Positions 12,179 through 23,625 of a stretch of DNA of 64,000 nt are shown here, piece after piece. This DNA comes from Gammaproteobacteria bacterium (GTDB taxonomy: Bacteria > Pseudomonadota > Gammaproteobacteria > Xanthomonadales > Wenzhouxiangellaceae), in the NCBI GenBank assembly GCA_009908385.1, contig JAAAPE010000004.1:2322-66321 (forward strand), written 5' to 3'. The notes under the pieces are model-generated. The model saw only the letters and a program-made list of their open reading frames with translations, was not told where the DNA came from and ran no database searches. Position 1 is the stretch's first letter; every line of letters starts with the position of its first letter. A program made the position numbers and the translations under genes.

Positions 12179-12286
12179 GTAGGTCGCGGTCGCATCCGCG
12201 ACGGACGACGTTTCAGGCAGGAACACGCATAGCTGCGTGTGAACAAGATTGAAGCGTCCTCCGTCGGGGACGCGGCCCCGACCTAC
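12179..12286. repeat. GTAG-family REP doublet (REPIN-like)
   Basis: GTAGGTCGCGGTCGCATCCGCGACGGACGACG (12179-12210) and inverted copy GTAGGTCGGGGCCGCGTCCCCGACGGAGGACG (12286-12255); each is GTAG plus a short palindrome; central hairpin ACACGCA-TAGC-TGCGTGT. Confidence 0.8.
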
Positions 12287-12304
12287 GGGGTTGCGATCAA
12301 ACGG

Positions 12305-12784
12305 TCATTCCCCGTATTCGACATCAACGATCTCGAGGACGCGCTCCCCGATCGGCGTGTGCACCGAAACTTCATCCCCCACGGCCCTGCCAAGGAGCGC
12401 GCGGGCGACGGGGGAATCAACCGAGATCCAGCCCTTTTCGGCGTCGGTCTCGTCGGCGCCGACGATGCGGTAGCGCACCTGACCGCCGTCGACTTCGGCC
12501 AGGGTGACGGTGGCGGCGAAGAACACCTTACCGGGGTTGTCGGCGCGCGCGGGCACCGGCCGCAGTTCGTCGAGGCGGTTGCGGAGATAGCGCACGCGAC
12601 GGTCGATCTCGCGCAGCTGCTTCTTGCGATAGATGTACTCGGCGTTCTCCGAGCGGTCACCTTCCGCTGCGGCGGCCGAAAGCGCCCGGGTGACCGCCGG
12701 GCGCTTCTTCTCCCACAGGTACTTGAGCTCGTCCTGCAGCCTTCGGTGACCGTCCGGCGTGATGTGCGTGCTTCGGGCCAGGAT
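12305..12784 (-). CDS. greB: transcription elongation factor GreB
   Basis: [62 protein letters not shown]; start probably non-canonical (see findings). Confidence 0.95.
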   Translation of the reverse strand: MLARSTHITPDGHRRLQDELKYLWEKKRPAVTRALSAAAAEGDRSENAEYIYRKKQLREIDRRVRYLRNRLDELRPVPARADNPGKVFFAATVTLAEVDGGQVRYRIVGADETDAEKGWISVDSPVARALLGRAVGDEVSVHTPIGERVLEIVDVEYGE

Positions 12785-12836
12785 GGCGTGTCTCCTTCTG
12801 GATGATTCCGTGGCTTGCGGGACTTTGCAGAGCGCC

Positions 12837-14213
<1,377 letters not shown>

Positions 14214-14250
14214 GTCGTCGTATCCCGGTAGAAGCTCGTCCAAACCGGCA

Positions 14251-14256
14251 ATTATA
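14251..14256 (-). promoter_or_regulatory. sigma70 -10 box upstream of fumC
   Basis: Perfect TATAAT ~40 nt upstream of the start in a GC-rich background. Confidence 0.55.
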
Positions 14257-14315
14257 ACGCCGCGGACCGCTGTTTCCCTGCCCCGTGAACACCGCCTCGT
14301 GAGATACTGCGGTAC

Positions 14316-15221
14316 ATGCCCGACAAGCTGATCGCCTTTCTGCGCATTGCCGCGGCCGGCCTGCTGCTGGCCGCCAATTCCGTGGTCCACATCCTGCCCC
14401 TGCTCGTCGTCGCGCTGGTCAAGCTCACGATTCGCATCGCAGCGGTAACGCGAGCGTGCGACCGGGCGCTGGCGGCCATCGCCGCGAGCTGGATCGACTT
14501 CAACTCCTGGCTGTTCGACAGCGTGACTTCGACGCGGATCGAGGTCGAAGGCCTGCCGGACGACGACATGGACGGCCAGATGCTGGTGGTGTGCAATCAC
14601 CAGAGCTGGGTCGACATCCCCGTCCTGCAGAAGCTCTTCAACCGCCGCCTGCCGCTGCTGCGCTTCTTCCTCAAGAGCCAGCTGATCTGGGTCCCCCTGC
14701 TGGGGCTGGCCTGGTGGGCGCTCGACTTTCCGTTCATGAAGCGCTATACGCGTGCCCAGGTCGAACGCCGGCCTGAACTGGCCGGGCGCGATATCGAAGC
14801 CACCCGCCGCGCCTGCCGCAAGTTCAGCCGCATTCCGGTGGCGATCGTGAATTTCGTGGAGGGAACCCGCTTCACGCCCGAAAAGCACGCGGGCCAGAAC
14901 GCGCCCTATCGCCATCTCCTCAACCCGCGCGCGGGCGGCGTGGCCTTCACGCTGGACGCCATGGGCGAAACGCTCGACACGCTCGTCGACGTGACCATCG
15001 CCTACCCCGACGGGCGGCCCAGCCTGGCCGACCTGTTCGCCAATCGCGTGCGAGAAATCCGCGTCCACGTCCGCCGCCTGCCGATTCCGGAAGCGTTGCG
15101 GGGCGGCGAGTACCAGAAAGACCCGGAATTCCGCCAGGGAATCCAGGATTGGGTCAACCGGCTCTGGCTCGACAAGGACGCGATCCTCGAAAGGCTCCAG
15201 CACGCTGCCGGACCGGACTGA
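14316..15221 (+). CDS. YihG-like acyltransferase
   Basis: NHQSWVDI, FFLKSQLIWVP.LGLAWWALDFPFMKRY, NFVEGTRFT. Confidence 0.9.
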   Translation: MPDKLIAFLRIAAAGLLLAANSVVHILPLLVVALVKLTIRIAAVTRACDRALAAIAASWIDFNSWLFDSVTSTRIEVEGLPDDDMDGQMLVVCNHQSWVDIPVLQKLFNRRLPLLRFFLKSQLIWVPLLGLAWWALDFPFMKRYTRAQVERRPELAGRDIEATRRACRKFSRIPVAIVNFVEGTRFTPEKHAGQNAPYRHLLNPRAGGVAFTLDAMGETLDTLVDVTIAYPDGRPSLADLFANRVREIRVHVRRLPIPEALRGGEYQKDPEFRQGIQDWVNRLWLDKDAILERLQHAAGPD

Positions 15222-15294
15222 TCCCGGTCGGCTTGCGCCCCGGGCGCGGCTGAGCCGAGAATGGCGCGGACCCCGTCCACCGAGGATTCTCGTC

Positions 15295-16605
15295 ATGCTC
15301 AAGCGCTTCTTCCTGATTTCACTCGTGCTGCTGGCCGGCACGAGCGCTAACGCCCAGCAGTCGGCCGAAACGTGGCACCGCTACATCGACGACAGCGCGG
15401 CGGCGATGCAGTCGCAGGTGGTCGACTGGCGGCGGCACTTCCACGCCCACCCCGAGCTGTCCAACCGCGAGTTCGACACCGCCGAGACGATCGCCGATTT
15501 CCTGCGCTCGCTCGACATGGAAATCACGACCGGGGTCGCCCACACCGGCGTGGTGGGCGTGCTGCACGGCGCCCTTGACGGTCCGGTTGTCGGGTTGCGC
15601 GCCGACATGGACGCCCTGCCGGTCCCTTCACGGGTCGACCTGCCGTTCTCGCCGGACGTGAGCAGCGAATACCTCGGCGAAGAGGTGCCGGTTTCGCACG
15701 CCTGCGGTCACGATGCCCACATGGCCATGCTCATGGGCGTTGCGAAAATGCTGGCCGATCGGCGCGAGCACCTCCCCGGAACGGTCAAGTTCATCTTTCA
15801 GCCCGCCGAGGAAGGCACCCCGCCGGGCGAGGAAGGCGGCGCGGAAATGATGGTCGCCGAAGGCGTACTCTCCGATCCGGACGTCGACGTGATCTTCGGC
15901 CAGCACATCTGGGCGCCGGCGCCGGCCGGACAGATCGGCTATCGTCCGGCCGGCACCATGGCCGCATCGGACCGCTTCGTCATCACCGTACACGGCAAGC
16001 AGACCCACGGCTCCACGCCCTGGACCGGTGTCGACCCGATCACCACAGCCGCGCAGCTCGTGCTGGGCCTCAATACGATCGTCAGCCGGCAGACCGAGCT
16101 GACCCGGGCCGCGGCCGTGATCTCGGTCGGGCGCATCCGCGCCGGGGTACGCAACAACATCATCCCCGAGGAAGCGGAGCTGATCGGCACCATTCGCACG
16201 CTCGATCCGGCCATGCGCGAGAAGATCCACGCCGACATCCGGCGCACCGCCGAGCACATCGCCGCCAGCCAGGGCGCCGAGGTGAGCGTCGACATCCAGC
16301 TCGGCTACCCGGTGACCTACAACGACCCCGGGCTGACCGAGGCGATGGCCCCGAGCCTGCAGCGGGTGGCCGGCGACAAGGCGGTCCGGATCGACGCCCT
16401 GACCGCGGCGGAAGACTTCTCCTACTTCCAGCGCGAAGTGCCGGGCCTGTACTTCTTTCTCGGCGCCGCGCCCCGGGACATTCCCCGCGATGAAGTCGCG
16501 CCGCACCACACACCCGATTTCCGCATCGAAGAGTCGGCGATGCAGACCGGCGTTCGCGCACTGGCCTCGCTGGCCATCGATTACATGCTCGGCCACCATG
16601 ATTAA
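15295..16605 (+). CDS. M20D family amidohydrolase/peptidase with signal peptide
   Basis: Signal peptide; RRHFHAHPELS, LRADMDALP, HACGHDAH, FQPAEEG, AEDFSYF, PHHTPDF. Confidence 0.92.
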   Translation: MLKRFFLISLVLLAGTSANAQQSAETWHRYIDDSAAAMQSQVVDWRRHFHAHPELSNREFDTAETIADFLRSLDMEITTGVAHTGVVGVLHGALDGPVVGLRADMDALPVPSRVDLPFSPDVSSEYLGEEVPVSHACGHDAHMAMLMGVAKMLADRREHLPGTVKFIFQPAEEGTPPGEEGGAEMMVAEGVLSDPDVDVIFGQHIWAPAPAGQIGYRPAGTMAASDRFVITVHGKQTHGSTPWTGVDPITTAAQLVLGLNTIVSRQTELTRAAAVISVGRIRAGVRNNIIPEEAELIGTIRTLDPAMREKIHADIRRTAEHIAASQGAEVSVDIQLGYPVTYNDPGLTEAMAPSLQRVAGDKAVRIDALTAAEDFSYFQREVPGLYFFLGAAPRDIPRDEVAPHHTPDFRIEESAMQTGVRALASLAIDYMLGHHD

Positions 16606-16652
16606 TTAGGTTCTGTTAATATAAGGCTTGTTCGCAAGCGGAGTCGTCAGCC

Positions 16653-17780
16653 ATGTCGCGCGTGACCGTCATCGGATCGGGATTCGCCGCACTCACGGCG
16701 GTCCGGAAACTACGCAAGGCCGATGCCGACCTGGGCATCGACCTGGTCGCTCCCAGGGCCGAGCTGGTCTACTACCCGGGCACCATCTGGATTCCCACGG
16801 GCAAGCGGCAACCCGAAGACCTGATCGTGCCCCTCGAGGGGTTCTTCCGGCGAATGCGCGTCGACCACCACGCCACGCGGGCCACCGGCCTGTCCGACGA
16901 CGGTCGCACGCTTCGAACCGAATCCGGCGAGATCCGCAACGACGGCCTGGTGATCGCCTGCGGCGGACAGTTCCTGCGCAAGCTGCCGGGCATCGAGCAC
17001 AGCATCCTGCCCTGCGGCGGCCCGGAAGAAATCGTCCGCCTGCGCGACCGTCTCCACGCCCTGGAATCGGGATCGATCGCCTTCGGCTTCGCCGGCAACC
17101 CGGCCGAACCCTCGGCAATGCGGGGCGGCCCGGTGTTCGAATTCCTGTTCGGCATCGATACCTGGCTGCGCAAGCAGGGCCGCCGCGAACGATTCACACT
17201 GCACTTCTTCAGCCCGGCCGAGAAGCCCGGCCAGCGACTCGGAGGCAAGGCGGTCGATCGCCTGCTCGGGGAGATGGGCAAGCGCGACATCCGCACGCAC
17301 CTCGGCCAGAAACCCAGGCGCTTCGGCGAGGGCGTGGTCGAGACCGAGGCGGAATCCTTCGCGGCCGACCTGATCCTCTTCATGCCGGGCATGACCGGCA
17401 ACGACTGGTTCGACGACACCCCCCTGCCCCGCTCCGACGGCGGCATGATCCGCGCCGACGAGCATTGCCGGGTGGACGGATTCGATCGAGTGTATGTCGC
17501 CGGCGATGCCGGCTCCTTCCCGGGACCGGACTGGATGCCCAAGCAGGCGCACATGGCCGACCTTCAGGCCGAAGCCGCGGCCAGGAACCTGCTCGCCGAA
17601 CTGGGCGGCAGGCCCGGAACGGCGACCTTCAGGAGCGAGCTGATGTGCATCGTCGACCTCTACGACCGGGGCATCCTGGTCACGCGAACCGAGCGCGGCA
17701 ATCGCGTCCTGCCTCCGCTGCGCGCCATGCACTGGGCCAAGCGCCTGTTCGAATGGAAGTACCTGCGACCGTACCGATAG
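16653..17780 (+). CDS. sqr: sulfide:quinone oxidoreductase, type VI (SqrF)-like
   Basis: FAD motif GSGFAA, GNPAEPSAMRGGPVFEF, VAGDA, PKQAHMA; Cys at residues 121, 272 and 332. Confidence 0.82.
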   Translation: MSRVTVIGSGFAALTAVRKLRKADADLGIDLVAPRAELVYYPGTIWIPTGKRQPEDLIVPLEGFFRRMRVDHHATRATGLSDDGRTLRTESGEIRNDGLVIACGGQFLRKLPGIEHSILPCGGPEEIVRLRDRLHALESGSIAFGFAGNPAEPSAMRGGPVFEFLFGIDTWLRKQGRRERFTLHFFSPAEKPGQRLGGKAVDRLLGEMGKRDIRTHLGQKPRRFGEGVVETEAESFAADLILFMPGMTGNDWFDDTPLPRSDGGMIRADEHCRVDGFDRVYVAGDAGSFPGPDWMPKQAHMADLQAEAAARNLLAELGGRPGTATFRSELMCIVDLYDRGILVTRTERGNRVLPPLRAMHWAKRLFEWKYLRPYR

Positions 17781-17894
17781 GGTGATTTCCCCGGCAAGCA
17801 GGAATGTAGCCCGGGCAGCGGAGCGCCGGCGAGACAACCTTCCAGGCGCGCTGCGGTATCATGACGGATTGCCCGAATCGACCCGCAAGAATCG

Positions 17895-19274
17895 ATGGAT
17901 ACCCACGCTCTGACCGCTCTTTCGCCGCTGGACGGCCGCTACGCCGGCAAGCTCGCCGGGCTGCGCTGGCTCGCTTCCGAAGCAGGCCTGATCCGGCACC
18001 GCGTCCGCGTGGAGGTGGCCTGGTTCAAGGCGCTGGCCGCCGAACCCGCCTTCACGGCGCTGCCCCGGCTGTCGCGCGAAGACCGGGAGTACCTCGACCG
18101 CCTGGCAGAAGACTTCGGCGAAGACGACGCGGCCGCCGTCAAGGCCATCGAGCGGACCACCAATCATGACGTCAAGGCGGTGGAGTACTGGCTCAAGGAA
18201 CGCCTCGGCGAGCGCGAGTCGCTGCAACCCTATACCGAGTACATCCACTTCGCCTGCACCTCCGAAGACATCAACAACCTGGCCTGGGCGCTCATCATTC
18301 GCCGTTCGGTGGTGGAGGAACTCGACCCCCTGCTGGCGCAGATCGACCGTCGGCTCGCCGCCCTGTCGAAGGACACCGCGGACATGCCGATGCTCTCGCG
18401 GACCCACGGACAGACCGCTTCGCCCACGACGCTGGGCAAGGAGCTGGCCAACGTGGTCTTTCGCCTGCGCCGGCAGCGCCGCTCGCTCGACCAGGTCGAG
18501 ATCACCGGCAAGATCAACGGCGCGGTCGGCAACTTCAACGCCCACCTCGCGGCCTGTCCCGGCGTTGACTGGCCGGCCCTGGCGCGCGATTTCGTGGAAG
18601 ACCTTGGACTGGTCTGGAATCCATACACCACCCAGATCGAACCGCACGACATGATCGCCGAGGCGGCCCACGCACTGATGCGGATCAACACCGTCCTGCT
18701 GGATTTCGCCCGCGATGCCTGGGGTTACGTGTCCCTGGGCTACTTCCGACAAAAACTGGTCGAAGGCGAGGTCGGTTCGTCGACCATGCCGCACAAGGTC
18801 AACCCGATCGACTTCGAGAACGGCGAGGGCAATCTGGGCCTGGCCAACTCACTGCTCGGGCACCTCGCCGGCAAGCTTCCGATTTCGCGCTTCCAGCGCG
18901 ACCTCACCGACTCGACCGTACAGCGCTCGCTCGGATCGGCCTTCGGCTACTGCTCGCTGGCCTGGCAGTCGATTCTCAAGGGCCTGGATCGGATCGCCCC
19001 CGACGAGCAGCGCCTGTCCGACGATCTCGAACGCGCCTGGGAGGTGCTGGCCGAAGCAGTCCAGACCGTCATGCGCCTTCACGGCGTGCCGGAACCCTAC
19101 GAAAAGCTCAAGGCCCTGACCCGCGGACGCGGCATCGACCGGGAACGCCTGCGCGAATTCATTGCCGGACTGGACATTCCCGAACCCGATCGCGAACGCC
19201 TGATGCAACTGACGCCCTCGTCCTATATCGGAAACGCGGCAAGGATGGCGCACGACATTGATCGATACGTGTAG
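17895..19274 (+). CDS. purB: adenylosuccinate lyase
   Basis: LTALSPLDGRY, TNHDVKAVEY, HFACTSEDINN, SRTHGQ, GSSTMPHKVNPIDFEN. Confidence 0.98.
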   Translation: MDTHALTALSPLDGRYAGKLAGLRWLASEAGLIRHRVRVEVAWFKALAAEPAFTALPRLSREDREYLDRLAEDFGEDDAAAVKAIERTTNHDVKAVEYWLKERLGERESLQPYTEYIHFACTSEDINNLAWALIIRRSVVEELDPLLAQIDRRLAALSKDTADMPMLSRTHGQTASPTTLGKELANVVFRLRRQRRSLDQVEITGKINGAVGNFNAHLAACPGVDWPALARDFVEDLGLVWNPYTTQIEPHDMIAEAAHALMRINTVLLDFARDAWGYVSLGYFRQKLVEGEVGSSTMPHKVNPIDFENGEGNLGLANSLLGHLAGKLPISRFQRDLTDSTVQRSLGSAFGYCSLAWQSILKGLDRIAPDEQRLSDDLERAWEVLAEAVQTVMRLHGVPEPYEKLKALTRGRGIDRERLREFIAGLDIPEPDRERLMQLTPSSYIGNAARMAHDIDRYV

Positions 19275-19349
19275 CCCGCGGCGCGCCGCAGCGAGCCGCA
19301 ATACGGAGCAATATCGGCATATCCGGCACAATCAAATGCCCGCCGCCGT

Positions 19350-19355
19350 TATAAT
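19350..19355 (+). promoter_or_regulatory. sigma70 -10 box upstream of sucA
   Basis: Perfect TATAAT ~38 nt before the sucA ATG. Confidence 0.55.
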
Positions 19356-19392
19356 CAGCGGTCTTTGACTGGGCACCCGAGCCGCGCTTGTC

Positions 19393-22203
19393 ATGACAGA
19401 TTTCCTTCAGGAGCAGTACCGGAACTCCCATCTTTCCGGCGGCAACGCCGATTATGTGGAGGCCTTCTACGAAGCCTGGCTGGATGATCCCGAATCCGTT
19501 CCCGAGAACTGGCAGAGACTGTTCTCGCAGCTCTCCGATTCGGTCGATACCGAAACACGCCACCGGCAGATCGAGGCGCATTTCCGGGCGCTTGCCGCCA
19601 ATGGCCACTACAGCGCCGGCACCCCCGCAGAGGACTTCAAGCAGGCCGGCGTCCTTCGCCTGATCAACGCCTACCGGGTACGCGGCCACCAGCGCGCCCG
19701 GCTCGATCCTCTCGGTATCAGCGAGCGCCCGCAGGTTCCCGACCTGGAACTCGGTTTCCACAGCCTCGACGAATCCGATCTCGACACCAAGTTCCATACC
19801 GGCTCCCTGTCCGGGCCGGATCACCTGCCGTTGCGGGACATCGTCGAGACTTGCCGCGACACGTACTGCGGCAGCATCGGCGTCGAGTACATGCACATCA
19901 CCGACACGAACCAGCGCCGCTGGCTGCAGCAGCGTCTCGAGGGCGCGCGCGGTCACTACACGCCGGATGCGGAAGAACGCCGGCGCCTGCTCGACAAGCT
20001 TTCCAGTGCCGAAGGGCTCGAGAAGTATCTGCACTCGAAATACGTCGGGCAGAAGCGCTTTTCGCTCGAAGGCGGCGAGAGCATGATCCCGCTGCTCGAC
20101 GCGCTGATCCGCCACACCGGCAGCCAGGGCGTGCGCGAAATGGTGATCGGGATGGCCCACCGGGGCCGTCTCAACGTGCTGGTCAACATTCTCGGCAAGA
20201 GTCCGCGCGACCTGTTCGCCGAGTTCGAAGGGAAGATCGCCCGCGACGACCCCAACCGTGCGGGCGACGTCAAGTACCACATGGGCTTCAGCTCCGATGT
20301 CCCCACGCCGGGCGGCCCGATGCACCTGGCCCTGGCCTTCAACCCGTCTCACCTCGAGATCGTCAATCCGGTCGTCGCCGGTTCGGCCCGCGCCCGACAA
20401 ATGCGGCTCAAGGACGATCGTCGCGAGCAGGTCCTGCCCGTGCTGGTGCACGGCGATGCGGCCATCGCCGGCCAGGGGGTCAACATGGAGCTGCTCAACA
20501 TGTCGCAGGCGCGCGGCTTCTCGGTCGGCGGCACCTTCCATGTCGTGGTCAACAACCAGATCGGCTTCACGACGTCGAACCCGCTCGACGCGCGCTCCAC
20601 CCTTTACTGCACCGAAGTGGCCAAGATGGTCCAGGCGCCGATCCTGCACGTCAACGGCGACGACCCCGAAGCCGTGCTGTTCGCCACGCGCGTACTCGCC
20701 GACTTCCGCCGGGAATTCAAGAAGGACGTCGTGCTCGACCTGGTGTGCTACCGCCGTCTCGGTCACAACGAGGCCGATGAACCAGCGGCCACGCAACCGC
20801 GCATGTACGAGACGATCCGCAAGCTCGATCCCGTGCGCAAGCAATATGCCGCAGAGCTGATCTCCGAAGGCCTGGTCGACAAGAGGGCGATCGACAAGTC
20901 CAACGAGGACTACCGCGACAAGCTCGACGCCGGCGAACCGGTCGTCGACCTGCTGAGCGAAGACGAAGCGATCGAGACGGTCGACTGGGAACCCTACCTC
21001 GAAGGTGAATGGCGCGAGGACGTCACGACCGGTGTCGAAGCCCGCAGCATCCGCGAACTGTCCGATCGCCTGACCACCCTGCCCGAGGGCTTCGAGCTGC
21101 ACAAACAGGTGCAGCGCATCATCGACTCGCGCAAGAAGATGGCTTCGGGCGAGTCGCCCATGGACTGGGGCTTCGCCGAGACCATGGCCTACGCGAGCCT
21201 GATCGAGGGCGGTCATGGCCTGCGCCTGGTGGGTCAGGATTCCGGCCGCGGAACCTTCTTCCACCGCCACGCCGTGCTGCACAACCAGGCGGACGGCACG
21301 TCGGCTCTTCCCCTGCAGCAGTTCACCGACGATCCGCGCCGCGTGACCGTGATCGACTCGCTGCTTTCCGAAGAAGCCGTGCTCGGCTTTGAATACGGCT
21401 ATGCCACCGCCGAGCCGTCCACGCTGACGATCTGGGAGGCGCAGTTCGGCGACTTCGTCAACGGCGCCCAGGTGGTCATCGACCAGTTCATCGCCTCCGG
21501 CGAAACCAAGTGGGGCCGCCTGTGCGGCCTGGTCATGTTCCTGCCCCACGGCTACGAGGGTCAGGGGCCAGAGCATTCGTCGGCGCGCCTGGAGCGATTC
21601 ATGCAGCTCTGTTCAGGCGCCAACATCCAGGTCTGCGTGCCCACCCTGCCAGCTCAGATGTTCCACATGCTTCGGCGCCAGATGCTGCGTCGCTTCCGCA
21701 AGCCGCTGATCGTCATGACCCCGAAGTCGCTGCTGCGGCACAAGGCCTCGACCTCGTCGCTCGACGATCTCGAGAAGGGTCACTTCCAGCTGGTTATCGA
21801 CGACCCGGCCGAGCCCGATCCGAAGAAGGTGGAACGCGTCGTGTTCTGCGCCGGCAAGGTCTACTTCGACCTGGCCAACCAGCTCGCCGAAGACGAGATC
21901 GACAACGTCTCGCTGGTTCGCGTCGAACAGCTCTACCCCTTCCCGCGCGAGGAGGTCCAGGAAATCATCGCGCGCTACGAACAGGCCGGCGAGGTCGCCT
22001 GGTGCCAGGAAGAACCGATGAACCAGGGCGCATGGTTCCAGATCCGCCATCACCTCCAGGCCTGCATCCGCGACGGTCAGCAACTGGGCTACGTCGGCCG
22101 CCACGGCTCGTCGTCCCCGGCCGTCGGCTACTATCAGGTCCACCTCGAACAACAAAAGCGCCTGGTCGGCGAGGCGCTGACCCCAGGCAAATTCACGGAG
22201 TAA
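19393..22203 (+). CDS. sucA: 2-oxoglutarate dehydrogenase E1
   Basis: [61 protein letters not shown]. Confidence 0.98.
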   Translation: MTDFLQEQYRNSHLSGGNADYVEAFYEAWLDDPESVPENWQRLFSQLSDSVDTETRHRQIEAHFRALAANGHYSAGTPAEDFKQAGVLRLINAYRVRGHQRARLDPLGISERPQVPDLELGFHSLDESDLDTKFHTGSLSGPDHLPLRDIVETCRDTYCGSIGVEYMHITDTNQRRWLQQRLEGARGHYTPDAEERRRLLDKLSSAEGLEKYLHSKYVGQKRFSLEGGESMIPLLDALIRHTGSQGVREMVIGMAHRGRLNVLVNILGKSPRDLFAEFEGKIARDDPNRAGDVKYHMGFSSDVPTPGGPMHLALAFNPSHLEIVNPVVAGSARARQMRLKDDRREQVLPVLVHGDAAIAGQGVNMELLNMSQARGFSVGGTFHVVVNNQIGFTTSNPLDARSTLYCTEVAKMVQAPILHVNGDDPEAVLFATRVLADFRREFKKDVVLDLVCYRRLGHNEADEPAATQPRMYETIRKLDPVRKQYAAELISEGLVDKRAIDKSNEDYRDKLDAGEPVVDLLSEDEAIETVDWEPYLEGEWREDVTTGVEARSIRELSDRLTTLPEGFELHKQVQRIIDSRKKMASGESPMDWGFAETMAYASLIEGGHGLRLVGQDSGRGTFFHRHAVLHNQADGTSALPLQQFTDDPRRVTVIDSLLSEEAVLGFEYGYATAEPSTLTIWEAQFGDFVNGAQVVIDQFIASGETKWGRLCGLVMFLPHGYEGQGPEHSSARLERFMQLCSGANIQVCVPTLPAQMFHMLRRQMLRRFRKPLIVMTPKSLLRHKASTSSLDDLEKGHFQLVIDDPAEPDPKKVERVVFCAGKVYFDLANQLAEDEIDNVSLVRVEQLYPFPREEVQEIIARYEQAGEVAWCQEEPMNQGAWFQIRHHLQACIRDGQQLGYVGRHGSSSPAVGYYQVHLEQQKRLVGEALTPGKFTE

Positions 22204-22210
22204 GCTACCC

Positions 22211-23443
22211 ATGAGCGTTGAAGTCAAAGTCCCCAACCTGCCCGAATCCGTTTCGGACGCCACCGTCGCCAAGTGGCACAAGAAGCCCGGCGACGCGATC
22301 GAGCGCGACGAGAACCTGGTCGACCTGGAGACCGACAAGGTCGTCCTCGAGGTACCCGCGCCGGCCGACGGCGTGCTCGAGGACATCAGCGCCGAAGAGG
22401 GCGAAACCGTCACCGAGGGCCAGGTGCTGGGCCTGATGAAGGAAGGCGAGGCGCCGAGCAAGTCCGGGGACGAAGATTCCGAATCGGAGGACGAGAGCGA
22501 GGACACGGAGGCGTCCGGGGACGATTCGGCCAAGAGCGGTTCCGACGAGAACGGCAAGTCGCGTCGCAGCGACGACGGGAAGTCCGGTCGCTCCAAGGAC
22601 GCGGAGAAGGACCTGCCGCCCTCGGCTCGCCGCATGGTGGCCGAGAACGACCTCGACGCGAGTCAGATCGAGGGCACCGGCCGGGGCGGCCGCATCACCA
22701 AGGGCGACGTGGCCAGCCACATGGCCGGCGGCGCAACCGGACCGCGACCGGAAGAGCGCGTCAAGATGTCGCGGCTTCGCTCGCGCATCGCCGAGCGCAT
22801 GAAGGAAGCCCAGAACACCGCCGCCATCCTGACCTCCTTCAACGAGGTCGATCTCAAGGCGGTCATGGACATCCGCAGCCGCTACAAGGAAGACTTCCAG
22901 AAGAAGCACGGCATCAAGCTCGGCTTCATGTCCTTCTTCGTCAAGGCGGCCTGCGAAGCACTGCAGAAGCACCCGGTGGTCAACGCTTCGGTCGACGGTG
23001 ACGAGATCATCTACCACGGCTACCAGGACGTGGGCATCGCCGTATCCACCGACCGCGGCCTGCTGGTGCCGGTGCTCAGGGACGCCCATCGCATGGGCCT
23101 GGCCGAAATCGAACAGGGCATCGCAGAGTACGCCGAGAAGGCGCGTAAGGGCACCATCCAGCTCGAGGACCTCCAGGGCGGGACTTTCACCATCACCAAC
23201 GGCGGCGTGTTCGGCTCGCTGCTGTCCACGCCGCTGCTCAACATGCCGCAGAGCGCCATTCTGGGCATGCACACCATCAAGGAGCGCCCGGTCGCCATCG
23301 ACGGCGAGATCGTCATCCGCCCGATGATGTACATCGCCCTGTCCTACGACCACCGCATCATCGACGGCAAGGACGCCGTCCAGTTCCTGGTGGCGATCAA
23401 GGAAGCCCTGGAAGACCCGGCGCGCATGCTGCTGGGCCTTTAG
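22211..23443 (+). CDS. sucB: dihydrolipoamide succinyltransferase E2
   Basis: Lipoyl motif [15 protein letters not shown], catalytic YDHRIIDG. Confidence 0.98.
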   Translation: MSVEVKVPNLPESVSDATVAKWHKKPGDAIERDENLVDLETDKVVLEVPAPADGVLEDISAEEGETVTEGQVLGLMKEGEAPSKSGDEDSESEDESEDTEASGDDSAKSGSDENGKSRRSDDGKSGRSKDAEKDLPPSARRMVAENDLDASQIEGTGRGGRITKGDVASHMAGGATGPRPEERVKMSRLRSRIAERMKEAQNTAAILTSFNEVDLKAVMDIRSRYKEDFQKKHGIKLGFMSFFVKAACEALQKHPVVNASVDGDEIIYHGYQDVGIAVSTDRGLLVPVLRDAHRMGLAEIEQGIAEYAEKARKGTIQLEDLQGGTFTITNGGVFGSLLSTPLLNMPQSAILGMHTIKERPVAIDGEIVIRPMMYIALSYDHRIIDGKDAVQFLVAIKEALEDPARMLLGL

Positions 23444-23454
23444 AAAGAAATTTG

Positions 23455-23594
23455 TCCACAGATGCACACAGATAAAAAAACTCATTCGCCGAACCTTGAT
23501 TGCCAGGTCTGCCCGGACTGAGCCAATGAGAATAAGCCCCTTAATCAGCAATCAAACGGGACTCGTGGTTTTTTCATCTGTGTTCATCTGTGGA
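23455..23594. repeat. 140-bp AT-rich element with 27-bp terminal inverted repeats (CCACAGAT type)
   Basis: TCCACAGATGCACACAGATAAAAAAAC (23455-23481) vs reverse complement of 23568-23594 TCCACAGATGAACACAGATGAAAAAAC, 25/27 identical; inner inverted pair TTGATTGC/GCAATCAA. Confidence 0.88.
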
Positions 23595-23625
23595 GCATTG
23601 AGTAGCTTTAAATCAAGGAAACGAA

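Noticed and set aside
14214-15341. N-terminal extension making FumC 834 aa
   Set aside because: Overlaps the real opposite-strand acyltransferase; FumC homology starts at 14213 with its own -10 box.
22440-22620. Acidic low-complexity stretch in SucB
   Set aside because: Normal flexible linker between the lipoyl and E3-binding domains.
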